Of a DNA stretch of 64,000 nucleotides, positions 17,508-27,137 are shown in pieces (positions within the stretch are counted from its first letter, which is position 1; each line of letters opens with the position of its first letter). The translations under genes and the position numbers were made by a program. The notes beneath the pieces are model-generated. The model was not told where the DNA came from, ran no database searches, and was given only the letters and a program-made list of their open reading frames with translations. This DNA comes from Candidatus Altimarinota bacterium. Lineage in GTDB: Bacteria; Patescibacteriota; Gracilibacteria; UBA1369; 2-02-FULL-48-14. The stretch is from NCBI GenBank assembly GCA_015485665.1, contig WFTC01000019.1, positions 83 through 64,082 of the forward strand. The letters are read 5' to 3'.

Positions 17508-17893
17508 AAAAACTCTTCGCACTTCTTTTAATTACACCTTTGGGATTAAGTGCCTGTGGTGAGCAGCGTGATACTGCATTAGATGCTTTTGCAATGTGCC
17601 TTGATGAGGCTGGAGCGGAATTTTATGGCGCATATTGGTGCCCTAATTGTCAAAGGCAGGAAGAGTTGTTTGGCCCTTCCATGGATTATATAAATTATAT
17701 TGAATGTGCGGAAGGGCCTGCAGATTCACAATATGAAAAATGTCTTTTGGAAGGGATTGAAGCTTATCCAACTTGGCGCTTTGATAATGGAAATGAACTT
17801 GTGGGGTATCAAGGCTTGGAAGCCCTTTCCAAAGCTTCAGCTTGCGCTTTGCCGGGGAAAGAGAGTGTAATGCTTCAGCCAAACACTAAATAA
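17504..17893 (+). CDS. Thioredoxin-like lipoprotein (VKOR partner domain)
   Basis: It has lipobox LSAC and a YWCPNCQRQ (CxxC) motif. The start ATG 17504 overlaps the VKOR stop (ATGA). Confidence 0.7.
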   Translation: MKKLFALLLITPLGLSACGEQRDTALDAFAMCLDEAGAEFYGAYWCPNCQRQEELFGPSMDYINYIECAEGPADSQYEKCLLEGIEAYPTWRFDNGNELVGYQGLEALSKASACALPGKESVMLQPNTK

Positions 17894-17903
17894 ACTCTAA
17901 AAG

Positions 17904-17941
17904 TCCCCCTAGGGTCAGTTAAGGGTGACCCTGATGGGGGA
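17904..17941 (+). other. 13-bp interrupted hairpin immediately after the thioredoxin-like gene
   Basis: TCCCCC.AGGGTCA (17904-17917) pairs with TGACCCT...GGGGGA (17926-17941). No clear U-tail follows. Confidence 0.35.
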
Positions 17942-18234
17942 AGGTATTGAGTGGGGAATAATCACGCAGAAGCCTAAGTATCCCTCCCAACGCACCTGTA
18001 TGACCAAAATCGTACAGGAAAGGTAGTATAACCTTTTATTGGTATGAAGTCAAGATAAGTTTATCTTGAAAGTGCTAATTATTCATTTGATCCTCAGGAG
18101 ATTGTCATTAGATTTGGCTGAGTAATAAAGTTTTTTCCTTCTTTTATAAAATCCCGTTTATGTTGGGTTTTATATTATCCAAGATTTATAGGATTGATTT
18201 ATGCCGCAATTGTAAATCCAAAACCCAGAATAGC

Positions 18235-18263
18235 TTGACAAATTGGAAGTTATTTTATAAATA
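18235..18263 (+). promoter_or_regulatory. Candidate sigma70-like promoter TTGACA-17-TAAATA (or 15-TATAAA)
   Basis: Exact TTGACA at 18235-18240, about 40 nt upstream of ORF 18304. Confidence 0.35.
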
Positions 18264-18303
18264 AAAAGACTTAACATTGGATTTTGTTTGTCATTCATAA
18301 AAT

Positions 18304-18777
18304 ATGAGACTTGAAAGAGTTAATCTAAAAGGTGCGGATGTGATGCCGAGTCAGGTTTATGTCGCTACTTTGGCTGATTGTATTTGTAATACTTTTGATG
18401 ATAAAGAAGACATGAAGAGATTTTACATAGAGATTTTAAATCAAAACTTGCCGGATGATTATCTTATGTATTTGTATTTGAGGATGTTGAATATTGGAAT
18501 TGCAGATTTTCAGATGTTAATCATTCTTCTTGAGAATAATTATTCCGCTGTGCAGCTTTATCGTAAAATGGCATACTTTAAGTTTACTGCTCAAAAAGTA
18601 ATGTATGACTTTGAAAGCAGTGATTCTGTTTGTCTCTGTAAAGAGGATAATGGTTATAAAAGTGATATTATTGGATTTTTTGATCAAGAGATGCAAATTT
18701 TGCTAACTATGATCAGGAAATTGGCAACCTGCATTGCCATTCAGGAAGAGATACAGATGACGGTCTTCAATATTTGA
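18304..18777 (+). CDS. Hypothetical protein (orphan)
   Basis: The ORF is 157 aa with no motif I recognise. A long AT-rich intergenic region and a promoter-like element precede it. Confidence 0.4.
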   Translation: MRLERVNLKGADVMPSQVYVATLADCICNTFDDKEDMKRFYIEILNQNLPDDYLMYLYLRMLNIGIADFQMLIILLENNYSAVQLYRKMAYFKFTAQKVMYDFESSDSVCLCKEDNGYKSDIIGFFDQEMQILLTMIRKLATCIAIQEEIQMTVFNI

Positions 18778-18808
18778 AGTAAAATAAAGATGCTTTAATC
18801 TTTTTCTT

Positions 18809-19873
18809 ATGTATAAACGTTTTTGGCTTATTATGGCGTTGTTTTTGTTTGCTCTTTTTGCTCTGAATTCATTCAGAACAGATACAGATGATGATACTTC
18901 TTTGCCTGAAGCTGCGCTTAATGAAGATGGATTGCGTGTTTGGAACAGTGCTTTGGCTTATAAAGCACTGACTCTTTATTCCAAACCATCAGGTGAAGGA
19001 GAAGATGGTGAGGTATATTTGATTGATATTGAAGGGAATAAAGTTCATAGTTGGGATGCGCAATTGACAGGAGATGTAAAAGTTGCACTTTTTGAGGATA
19101 GCACTTTGCTGTTGGCAAGGAATTTGGAAGATGGAGCAATAATTCAAGAATTGGATTGGGATGGGAATGTAATTTGGGATTGGAGTAATTCTGCCTTTCA
19201 TCATGATATGGCAAAAATGCCAAATGGAAATTATTTACTTCCTTTGATTGAATTGAGTGAGGATAATAAAGCATGGAATGATTCCATAGCTCAAATTGAT
19301 TATAAAAGTAAAGAAGTACTTTGGAAATGGCGTTTCACCAAAGAAGAAGCTCATATAAATAGTGTGGAATATATTGAATTTCAGGGTGATCCATCCATGC
19401 TTTTAAGTTCAAAAGATATGCGATCCGTATTTATTGTGAATTTGGAATCAGGTGAAATTGTGTGGGAATTTTCAGAGGGTTTGGTTCTGCCGGAGGATAT
19501 ATTCCCATTAAAAAATGGAAATGTTCTGATTGTTAATAATGTAAATCAAAACAGTGCGGAAATTTTGGAAATAAATCCAAATATAAATGAAATTGTATGG
19601 CGATATGGATTGCCTGCGAAAGACAAGGTTTATGTTGTTGGGGTTCAAGCTTTACTAAATGGAGATGTGTTTATAAGCGAAGTGGATGGTACTCTTCTTG
19701 AAGTTAATCAATTAGGTGAAGTGGTATGGGAGTATGGAGCAGATTCAAAAGGAAAAGCTTATCGTTACGGACCTTTGGATGTGAAATGGCGTGCTGATTT
19801 TATTGCGGATATGGAATGGGAAAGTTTTTTAAATCCTTTGCCACCTCTTAATTTTGGAGATCCGGGACCTTAA
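18809..19873 (+). CDS. Secreted/anchored beta-propeller-like protein (arylsulfotransferase ASST-like repeats)
   Basis: An N-terminal hydrophobic anchor is followed by repeated NG-x-hydrophobic blades (NGNYLLP, NGNVLIVNN, NGDVFISE) and VVWEY/IVWEF/VIWDW motifs. Confidence 0.45.
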   Translation: MYKRFWLIMALFLFALFALNSFRTDTDDDTSLPEAALNEDGLRVWNSALAYKALTLYSKPSGEGEDGEVYLIDIEGNKVHSWDAQLTGDVKVALFEDSTLLLARNLEDGAIIQELDWDGNVIWDWSNSAFHHDMAKMPNGNYLLPLIELSEDNKAWNDSIAQIDYKSKEVLWKWRFTKEEAHINSVEYIEFQGDPSMLLSSKDMRSVFIVNLESGEIVWEFSEGLVLPEDIFPLKNGNVLIVNNVNQNSAEILEINPNINEIVWRYGLPAKDKVYVVGVQALLNGDVFISEVDGTLLEVNQLGEVVWEYGADSKGKAYRYGPLDVKWRADFIADMEWESFLNPLPPLNFGDPGP

Positions 19874-22146
19874 ATTTTATCCGGAGGCACATTGTAATAG
19901 TCAAAAAGAAAACCGGCTATTTCTTTGAAAATGGGACCTGCTGTACTTGCGCCCCATTCAACTGTGCGTGGACGGTCTATCTTTACAACTACCAAAAATT
20001 GTGGGTCTTCAACTGGACCATAACCTACAAAAGATGCGATTGTGGTTCCTGGACCGGATAGGGCTTGTCCCCATTTGTATGTTTGAGCTGTTCCTGATTT
20101 ACCGGCAAAATAATGTTTGTCCAATTTAAGAGATAGATAAGATTCCGAAGTTGCTGTTAGCATTGCGGTTATCATGTCTGCTGATTCTTCTTTCAGAACT
20201 TGACGTACAACTTCTGGTTCAAAGTTTTCAATACTTCCGTCTGCATAGCTGATTTTACTTACAATATAAGGTCGCATCATGGTGCCTTTATTTGCAAGGG
20301 CTGTGTAGGCTTGTGCCAATTGAATAGGCGTGACTGCAATACCTTGACCGAAAGCTTTGGTAACCAGTTCCGATTCAGTCCAGCTGTCGTAGTAGGACAA
20401 TGCTCCTATTACTTCATCATCCAAACCCATATCTGTACGGTTTGTAAAACCGAAGGCCTTTAAATAGGAGTAATATAATGCTGCACCCAATTTTCTTGCT
20501 ACAAATACCATACCTACATTGTTTGATTTTTCTAAAACTTGAGTCATTGTTTGAATGCCTAGATGTTTTTTGTCAAAGTTGTCTATTTCAAAATCGTATT
20601 CACCTGTATTGGCATTGTAGTCAACTTTTACAGGTCCATCATCTAAGAACGTTGTATTTGGAGTTACTTCTCCGGAATCCAATGCTGCGCTCATTGCAAT
20701 TGGTTTGAAAATTGAACCCGGTTCATAGATTTCTTGAATCATTTTATTTTTGTACACTTCAGGTCCAACTTCATTTTCATAGGCATAGTAAACACCGGGT
20801 TCTTCTTCATTTAAGAAAAGCTCTATTCTTACAGCCGGATCGATCTGTTTATAAAACCAATATCTTGGGTTGTCCGTATCTTCACCCGTCACATAAAGCT
20901 TGTCTTTTTCATCTTCCGGAATTTCAAATTTAACCAAATTGAACACTTCTCCGTAGCTGTTTGGATTGAATCCGGGGTATTGAGCCATTGCTAAAATTGC
21001 ACCGGTTTGAGGATTCATTACAATGACTTGACCACTATCGGCATTATAACTTTCAACACCTGCAGACAGTGCTTTTTCCACTTGAAGTTGTATTGCCCTG
21101 TCTAAAGTCAGCGTTATATTCGCTCCGTTTACAGCATCTTCAATTACTGATTCTCCAACTGTAATTTGATTTCCGTAAGCATCAATTTGAGAGGTAAAAA
21201 TTCCGTCTTTACCTTGAAGATATTTGTCATAACTACCTTCAATTCCATATTGTCCATATCCTGCGGAATTGACATATCCCAAAACTTGAGAGGCAAGCTC
21301 TTGTTCCGGATAGAATCTGAAATATTCTTCTTGCAGTCTGATTCCAATAAACATCGGTTCTTCAAGCTTACGATCTTCTTCTAAAATACTTTCAATTTCA
21401 TTTGAAATTTCAGGGTCTAATTTACGTTTTAAAATAACATAACGATTTTTCCCCAATAAAATACGCTCCAAATCTCCTGCATTTACGTCAAAAACATCTG
21501 CAAGTTTTGAAGCAGCTCTTGCTTTGTCCTGAATTTTATTTGGGTATGCGTATAAATTTCCATTTTCAGAAAGTTCAAATCCTGTCATTGAAAAGGATTT
21601 AATAGCTTTTTGAGCTTCCGTATCTAAATCTTCTGCGATTAAAATAATATCGCGCGTTCTTTTAGCCAGAGTAGACTCTAAATTTTCTTCAAAGGATGAA
21701 AATAAAGTTTCTTCATCAGGCATCTTCAATGCGTCTAAAGCTTCTTCACGTAAGGCTTCATTTTCAATTTGCATCAAGCTTTCCAATTCATCTTCATAGC
21801 GTTGTCTAGCTAATTCTTCTTCTATTTCAGGATCAAAAAGAAAGGGAGCCAATGTTTCCGCTACAAGCTGGGGATCTTCAATTAAAGTCGGATCTGCATA
21901 AATCATGTTCAAAGTTGTATTTGTTGCAAGTTTGTATTCTTCACCTGAGTGATAATCCTGAATTAGAATTTCTCCCCTTCTTGCCGGTAAGGTTGTATAG
22001 CCTTGCTGTTCTGTTTGAGCTATTTGCGTGTAGTAAGAATGGCGTATTACTTGCAGCCAAAAAAGCCGTGCTATTATTATCCCGGGAATCAGGAATAATA
22101 ATAGAAATATAAGATGAAAACGTGATAGGCCTTTGTTTCTTTGCAT
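19870..22146 (-). CDS. Penicillin-binding protein 2 / FtsI-type transpeptidase
   Basis: The SxxK (GSIFKP), SxN (KSNNVG) and KSG (GKSGTA) motifs are present, along with an N-terminal TM anchor. Confidence 0.9.
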   Translation of the reverse strand: MQRNKGLSRFHLIFLLLFLIPGIIIARLFWLQVIRHSYYTQIAQTEQQGYTTLPARRGEILIQDYHSGEEYKLATNTTLNMIYADPTLIEDPQLVAETLAPFLFDPEIEEELARQRYEDELESLMQIENEALREEALDALKMPDEETLFSSFEENLESTLAKRTRDIILIAEDLDTEAQKAIKSFSMTGFELSENGNLYAYPNKIQDKARAASKLADVFDVNAGDLERILLGKNRYVILKRKLDPEISNEIESILEEDRKLEEPMFIGIRLQEEYFRFYPEQELASQVLGYVNSAGYGQYGIEGSYDKYLQGKDGIFTSQIDAYGNQITVGESVIEDAVNGANITLTLDRAIQLQVEKALSAGVESYNADSGQVIVMNPQTGAILAMAQYPGFNPNSYGEVFNLVKFEIPEDEKDKLYVTGEDTDNPRYWFYKQIDPAVRIELFLNEEEPGVYYAYENEVGPEVYKNKMIQEIYEPGSIFKPIAMSAALDSGEVTPNTTFLDDGPVKVDYNANTGEYDFEIDNFDKKHLGIQTMTQVLEKSNNVGMVFVARKLGAALYYSYLKAFGFTNRTDMGLDDEVIGALSYYDSWTESELVTKAFGQGIAVTPIQLAQAYTALANKGTMMRPYIVSKISYADGSIENFEPEVVRQVLKEESADMITAMLTATSESYLSLKLDKHYFAGKSGTAQTYKWGQALSGPGTTIASFVGYGPVEDPQFLVVVKIDRPRTVEWGASTAGPIFKEIAGFLFDYYNVPPDKI

Positions 22147-22210
22147 AGCTGGACTCCCATTCTAGCTTCTGCTAAGCTCCCCGCACAATCTTATTTCCTA
22201 TTAAACAGAT

Positions 22211-23482
22211 ATGCATCGTAAAACAACTCTTACAAGCGGTCTTCGTGTCCTGACAGATACTCTTGAAGGAGTGAAATCGGTTACGGCTTTGGTTCTGGTT
22301 AAGGCTGGATCCCGCTTTGAAGATAAGGAAATCAATGGAATCTCTCACTTTTTGGAGCACATGTTCTTTAAAGGGGCGGAGCGTTTTAAAAATGCAAAAG
22401 AAGTGTCTGGAGCTATAGATGCGGTAGGCGGTGAGTTTAATGCTTTTACCGGGAAAGAATATGCCGGTTATTATGTGAAAGTGGTTTCCAAACATACGGA
22501 GTTGGCGCTTGACGTTTTGTCGGATATGATGCTGAACGCACGTTTTGATCAAGAAGAGATTGAGAAAGAGAGGGGTGTAATTTTAGAAGAATTCAACATG
22601 TATCAAGACACGCCAATGTATCAAGTTGCTTGGAATTTTGAGCGTGCAATCTTTGGAGATCAGCCTTTAGGTTGGGATGAAATTGGAGAAAAAGATGTTA
22701 TCAGAAATTTGCAGCGTGAAGATTTTGTCAAATATAAAGAGGCGTTGTATACGCCCGGACAAATGGTTTTGGTGCTGTCAGGTGATATTGAGCATGAAAA
22801 AGCAGTTTTGATGGCGGAAAAATATTTTCCAATGGAATTTTGTGAGGCGAGCAGAGATAAGCTTCCTTTCAATGAGTTTGCAAGCGGAGTTGAGCGTCTC
22901 AATTTACAATCCAAAAAAACGGAACAAGCTCATTTGGTGTGTGGATATCCCGGTCTTTCCAAACAAGATGAAGATCATTATGTGTTAAAAGTCTTAACTG
23001 CAATTTTGGGAGGTAATATGAGTTCACGTATGTTTCTCTCAGTTAGAGAGGCAAAAGGTTTGGCTTATTATATTTCCACTTCAACAGAGGATTATATGGA
23101 TGTTGGAACTCTTTACACAAGAGCAGGTGTAGATATCAACAGGATTGATGATGCGATTCGTGCAATTGTGGAAGAATATGAAAAAATGCGATTTGTTGAT
23201 GTGCCAGCAGATGAGTTAAAAAAGGGGAAAGAATATCTTAAAGGGAAATTGGCTCTTACTTTGGAAGATCCACAGAATGTAGCGATTATGTTGGCACGTC
23301 AGGAATTGCTTTATGACAAAATAGAAACTTATACCGATATCTGCAGAGCGATTGACGATGTATGTGTTGAGGATATTAAACGTGTTGCAAGCCGGATTAT
23401 AAACCCTGATAAATTGCATTTGTCCGTAATTGGTCCTTATGAGGATAAACGGTCTTTTGAGAAGATTTTGCAGGGGGAGTGA
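22211..23482 (+). CDS. M16 family (pitrilysin-like) zinc peptidase
   Basis: It has the inverted zinc motif HFLEHMFFKG (HxxEH) and the typical 420-aa size. Confidence 0.85.
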   Translation: MHRKTTLTSGLRVLTDTLEGVKSVTALVLVKAGSRFEDKEINGISHFLEHMFFKGAERFKNAKEVSGAIDAVGGEFNAFTGKEYAGYYVKVVSKHTELALDVLSDMMLNARFDQEEIEKERGVILEEFNMYQDTPMYQVAWNFERAIFGDQPLGWDEIGEKDVIRNLQREDFVKYKEALYTPGQMVLVLSGDIEHEKAVLMAEKYFPMEFCEASRDKLPFNEFASGVERLNLQSKKTEQAHLVCGYPGLSKQDEDHYVLKVLTAILGGNMSSRMFLSVREAKGLAYYISTSTEDYMDVGTLYTRAGVDINRIDDAIRAIVEEYEKMRFVDVPADELKKGKEYLKGKLALTLEDPQNVAIMLARQELLYDKIETYTDICRAIDDVCVEDIKRVASRIINPDKLHLSVIGPYEDKRSFEKILQGE

Positions 23483-23545
23483 GATCTTTACTTTTATTGA
23501 AGCCTCTGGCAAGGTGTGTGCGTTTTTTCATTTAATTTAAAAAAT

Positions 23546-24028
23546 ATGGCAATGCAACGCACACTTGTTCTTCTAAAGCCCGATGCGGTTCAAAGGGGGC
23601 TTATTGGAGAAATTACAGGACGTTTTGAACGCAAAGGATTAAAACTGATAGGACTTAAAATGATGACACTCAGTGAAGCTCTTTTGCGAGAACATTATGC
23701 GCATATTGCAGATAAGCCTTTTTTCCCCGGCGTGGCAAGCTTCATGAAAAGTTCTCCGGTTGTAGCTATGTGTTGGGAGGGTTATAAAGCTATTGATGCA
23801 GTCAGGCTGATTACAGGTATTACAAATGCTCGTGAAGCTGATGCCGGTACAATTCGCGGAGACCTTGCCATGAGTATTTCTTGTAATGTTATTCATGCTT
23901 CCGATTCAGAAGAAACAGCGTTGAAAGAGGTGCCGCGCTTTTTTAAAGCAGATGAGCTGTATCATTACTCAAAAAGTGAATGGGAGCATGTTTATAATGA
24001 AGAAGAACTTGAAGAAATGGGGGTTTAG
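23546..24028 (+). CDS. ndk: Nucleoside-diphosphate kinase
   Basis: It contains QRTLVLLKPDAVQRGLIGEI, TIRGDLA and NVIHASDS. The start is at ATG 23546. Confidence 0.95.
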   Translation: MAMQRTLVLLKPDAVQRGLIGEITGRFERKGLKLIGLKMMTLSEALLREHYAHIADKPFFPGVASFMKSSPVVAMCWEGYKAIDAVRLITGITNAREADAGTIRGDLAMSISCNVIHASDSEETALKEVPRFFKADELYHYSKSEWEHVYNEEELEEMGV

Positions 24029-24549
24029 GCTGCATTCTCTTTCATATCTTGCAATAATACTTGTATAGCTTTGTGGCATTCTTCTCTGCTTGAATTGACC
24101 CTCTTTGGAAGGATATCTAACAAAAATTTTTTTAGTTGATCTGTTAATCTTTTCAGTTCTGAAATGGAAGGATTTGTATCATTTGTATCATTCGGTCTGC
24201 TTGATAAATAATCAGCGTTTCCTATTATTACGCAAAGTGTATTTTTTATGTCTGCACAAAGTTTTTTAGCTTCATCTTCAATATTATTTTCTCTTGAGAG
24301 ATTATTGAGTATTTCAATCAATTTATTTAAGCTTGCAAATAAGTCATCTAAGCTTGCAAATAAGTCATTTAAACTGTCACGTGAGCCATTTGTATAAATT
24401 ATAGCTATTTCAGCTCTGGTTTTATTTTCACTTATTTTTTTTATTAGCTCTAAGATTTTTTGTAAGCTTGTCTGCTTATTCTCACGGGCATCAATTTCAG
24501 TGTCGTTAGCAGTATTGCAGATTGGGGTACTTTCTCTTTCCGTTTCCAT
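24025..24549 (-). CDS. Hypothetical helical protein with short internal duplications
   Basis: The ORF is 174 aa with no signal peptide and no domain I recognise. It contains DDLFASL x2 and NDT x2. Confidence 0.45.
   Translation of the reverse strand: METERESTPICNTANDTEIDARENKQTSLQKILELIKKISENKTRAEIAIIYTNGSRDSLNDLFASLDDLFASLNKLIEILNNLSRENNIEDEAKKLCADIKNTLCVIIGNADYLSSRPNDTNDTNPSISELKRLTDQLKKFLLDILPKRVNSSREECHKAIQVLLQDMKENAA
24328..24369. repeat. 21-bp tandem duplication (20/21 identical) inside ORF 24025..24549
   Basis: TAAGCTTGCAAATAAGTCATC followed by TAAGCTTGCAAATAAGTCATT. Confidence 0.9.
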
Positions 24550-24603
24550 GGCTTATTGTGTTAAATTAAGATAGGTCTTTTCTATACAACATTTTGATAT
24601 TTC

Positions 24604-26082
24604 ATGCAAGACTTTTGTATTTATGAAGCCTTTCGCACTTATCATGGTAAAGTTGCTTTACTGGATGAGCATAAGCTGCGATGGGAAAATTCTTTAAAGA
24701 AGATAGAATGGACCGGATCTTTTCCGGATCTTGTTGAACAAGCACAAGAAGCTCTTTGTCATCCAAGGGTAAAGGGGGGCTTTTGTGATGTAAAAATAAG
24801 AGTTGAGGCGGGAGCGGGCGGATTTTTACATTCCGATTTTGAATTTATACCAAGATATGAAGGAAGTTTTTTGCATCCTCTATGGAAAATAAAAAAGGTG
24901 AGAGGTGCAAGAGAAAATCCAAATATTAAAAGCACAAAAACACAGTTTCAGAGTTATTGGCGCAAAAGAGCTAAGAAGGAGGGATATGATGAGATTTTGA
25001 TGATTGATGAAGGAGGACAAGTCAGAGAAGGTGGAATAAGCAATGTTTTTTTTGAGAAAAAAGGTGTTTTGATAACTCCATCTCATGGCATGTTGCCCGG
25101 AATTGCTCGTCAGCTTGTTTTAAAGGCTGCTGCACATTTGAATATTCCAACTGAAGTTCGTTTTGTTCATGAAAGTGAATTGCGGGAAATGGATGGCATG
25201 TTTATGACAAATTCAATTAAAGGCATTATACCTGTAGGTAATGTGACGGATATGATGAAAGATCTTGCCGACTTTTGTTCTTCTTTTATTAATCAAAGAA
25301 TTGCACAAGTTTCAGAAACCAAATTTATGGGTATTGTTAATATAACGCCAGATAGTTTTTCAGATGGAGGAGAGTTTTTTTGGATGCACGATAAAAACAA
25401 ATTGCATCATTTGTTGGAGACTGTGCAATTCATGATTGAATCTGGAGCTGATGTGATTGATGTTGGAGGTGAGTCTACCGGCCCGGGGAGCTCTTGTGTT
25501 TCTTTGGATGAAGAGCTTTTAAGAGTCATACCTTCCATTCAGATGATTCATAGGCATTTTCCTGAGATTATGATCTCCGTAGATACTTGGAAATCAGAAG
25601 TTGCAAAAGAAGCTTTAAAAGTAGGTGCCAGCATGATTAATGATGTGACAGGCGGACGTGGCGATCCGAAAATTTTTGAAGTTGCGGCAGCTCATGATGC
25701 ACACATGATAATTATGTATTCAAAGGACAATACACCTCGCACTTCCACTGATTTAGTTGAATATGAAGATGTTATGGCAAGTATTAAGGATTTTTTAAGT
25801 GTACAAATTGCTAAAGCACGCAAGCTTGGCGTGAGAAAAATAATTATAGACCCTGGAATGGGTGCATTTATAAGCGCCATTCCACGTTACAGCTATGAAG
25901 TAATGGATAGAGTTGAAGAGTTGAAAACTTTTGGTCTTCCAATTTTGTTGGGCGTATCTAAAAAAAGTTGTTTGGGAGAAGATAGTTTCGGTGGAACTTT
26001 GGCAAGCACTTTATGGCTTAGGGGTAGGGTTGATTATTTGCGCGTGCATGATGTGCTTGAGAATGCTACTGTTAGCGCATGA
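24604..26082 (+). CDS. folP: Fusion: class IV aminotransferase-like (aminodeoxychorismate lyase, PabC-like) N-domain plus dihydropteroate synthase
   Basis: The N-terminal half has ISNVFFEKKGVLITPSHGMLPGIARQ (fold type IV). The C-terminal half has GIVNITPDSFSDGG, DVGGEST and INDVTGG (DHPS). Confidence 0.8.
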   Translation: MQDFCIYEAFRTYHGKVALLDEHKLRWENSLKKIEWTGSFPDLVEQAQEALCHPRVKGGFCDVKIRVEAGAGGFLHSDFEFIPRYEGSFLHPLWKIKKVRGARENPNIKSTKTQFQSYWRKRAKKEGYDEILMIDEGGQVREGGISNVFFEKKGVLITPSHGMLPGIARQLVLKAAAHLNIPTEVRFVHESELREMDGMFMTNSIKGIIPVGNVTDMMKDLADFCSSFINQRIAQVSETKFMGIVNITPDSFSDGGEFFWMHDKNKLHHLLETVQFMIESGADVIDVGGESTGPGSSCVSLDEELLRVIPSIQMIHRHFPEIMISVDTWKSEVAKEALKVGASMINDVTGGRGDPKIFEVAAAHDAHMIIMYSKDNTPRTSTDLVEYEDVMASIKDFLSVQIAKARKLGVRKIIIDPGMGAFISAIPRYSYEVMDRVEELKTFGLPILLGVSKKSCLGEDSFGGTLASTLWLRGRVDYLRVHDVLENATVSA

Positions 26083-26519
26083 TGCGACTTACACGATCAT
26101 TTTCTTTTGAAGCGGCTCATTTCCTCACAAAATACCACGGTAAATGTGAACATCTGCATGGGCATACCTACAAGTTGTGGATAACTATTGAGGGAGAAAT
26201 TCAAGAAAACGGTATGATTTTGGACCATGGATTTTTAAAAAAAATAGTAAATGAACGTATTATTGATAAATTTGATCATCGTTGTTTGAATGACTTTTTC
26301 GTTAATCCCAGCGTGGAGATTGTTGCCAAATATATTTGGGATGATCTTGTGAATTTGCCCGATTTGCTTAAGTCTGAAGCAAATGATCCAAATATGCCTA
26401 AAGATTTGAAGCGACTTTTAAATGGAGAGGATTATGTTAAAGAATTGAATGATAAAGTACGTTTATTTGAAGTTAAATTGGCGGAAACAGAGCATGCATT
26501 TGTGGTTTATCATGGTTAA
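26079..26519 (+). CDS. 6-pyruvoyl-tetrahydropterin synthase / QueD family protein
   Basis: It contains FSFEAAHFL...GKCEHLHGHTYKL (the CxxxHGH motif). It overlaps the folP stop. Confidence 0.85.
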   Translation: MMRLTRSFSFEAAHFLTKYHGKCEHLHGHTYKLWITIEGEIQENGMILDHGFLKKIVNERIIDKFDHRCLNDFFVNPSVEIVAKYIWDDLVNLPDLLKSEANDPNMPKDLKRLLNGEDYVKELNDKVRLFEVKLAETEHAFVVYHG

Positions 26520-26552
26520 TGCTATTATTTTGACATAATTAAGGTTTTTGTA

Positions 26553-27134
26553 ATGCAACGCACTTTTACTTTATTTTTATCATCTGTAGTGTTTTTGGCT
26601 GGTTGCACATCTTTTGTGAATGATATTCGTAATGAGTTTGGAAGTGATGATGATTTCATCACCAAGTCGCTTTGGTTGGATGATTTTAAAGATGTTTGCT
26701 CCGGAGTGCCTTACGCTGAAGGTTCTGAATATACCGATGAGCAGGGTATGCATCCTATTGCTGTGTTTGATAGAGATTCAAAGACCGATTCTTATGTTAA
26801 TAGAAAAGGCTACCTGCCTGATGCTTGGGAATCCACTTTTGCAAATCCCGAGCTTACTGAACTTGTTGTATGCTTGACGGCTGAACCTCAAGAGCTTGTT
26901 GACAGTTGTGAATATGATACTGACGGGACCGTATACACTTTGAATACTTATAATACGAATTATAATGCGGAACTTTATAGTGCCACTACAGGTGAGTTAG
27001 TTGATTCAACGATCTTGGCGGTTGAAGCGAAAGAATGTCCAATGATATGGTATTTCTACGGAATAGATGATAATTATTACCCAGAGTACAATCAAGTATT
27101 AACAGATTGGGTTAAGCCTTATGTTCAGAAATAA
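26553..27134 (+). CDS. Hypothetical lipoprotein
   Basis: It has a signal peptide with lipobox LAGC and no domain I recognise. Confidence 0.5.
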   Translation: MQRTFTLFLSSVVFLAGCTSFVNDIRNEFGSDDDFITKSLWLDDFKDVCSGVPYAEGSEYTDEQGMHPIAVFDRDSKTDSYVNRKGYLPDAWESTFANPELTELVVCLTAEPQELVDSCEYDTDGTVYTLNTYNTNYNAELYSATTGELVDSTILAVEAKECPMIWYFYGIDDNYYPEYNQVLTDWVKPYVQK

Positions 27135-27137
27135 TTC

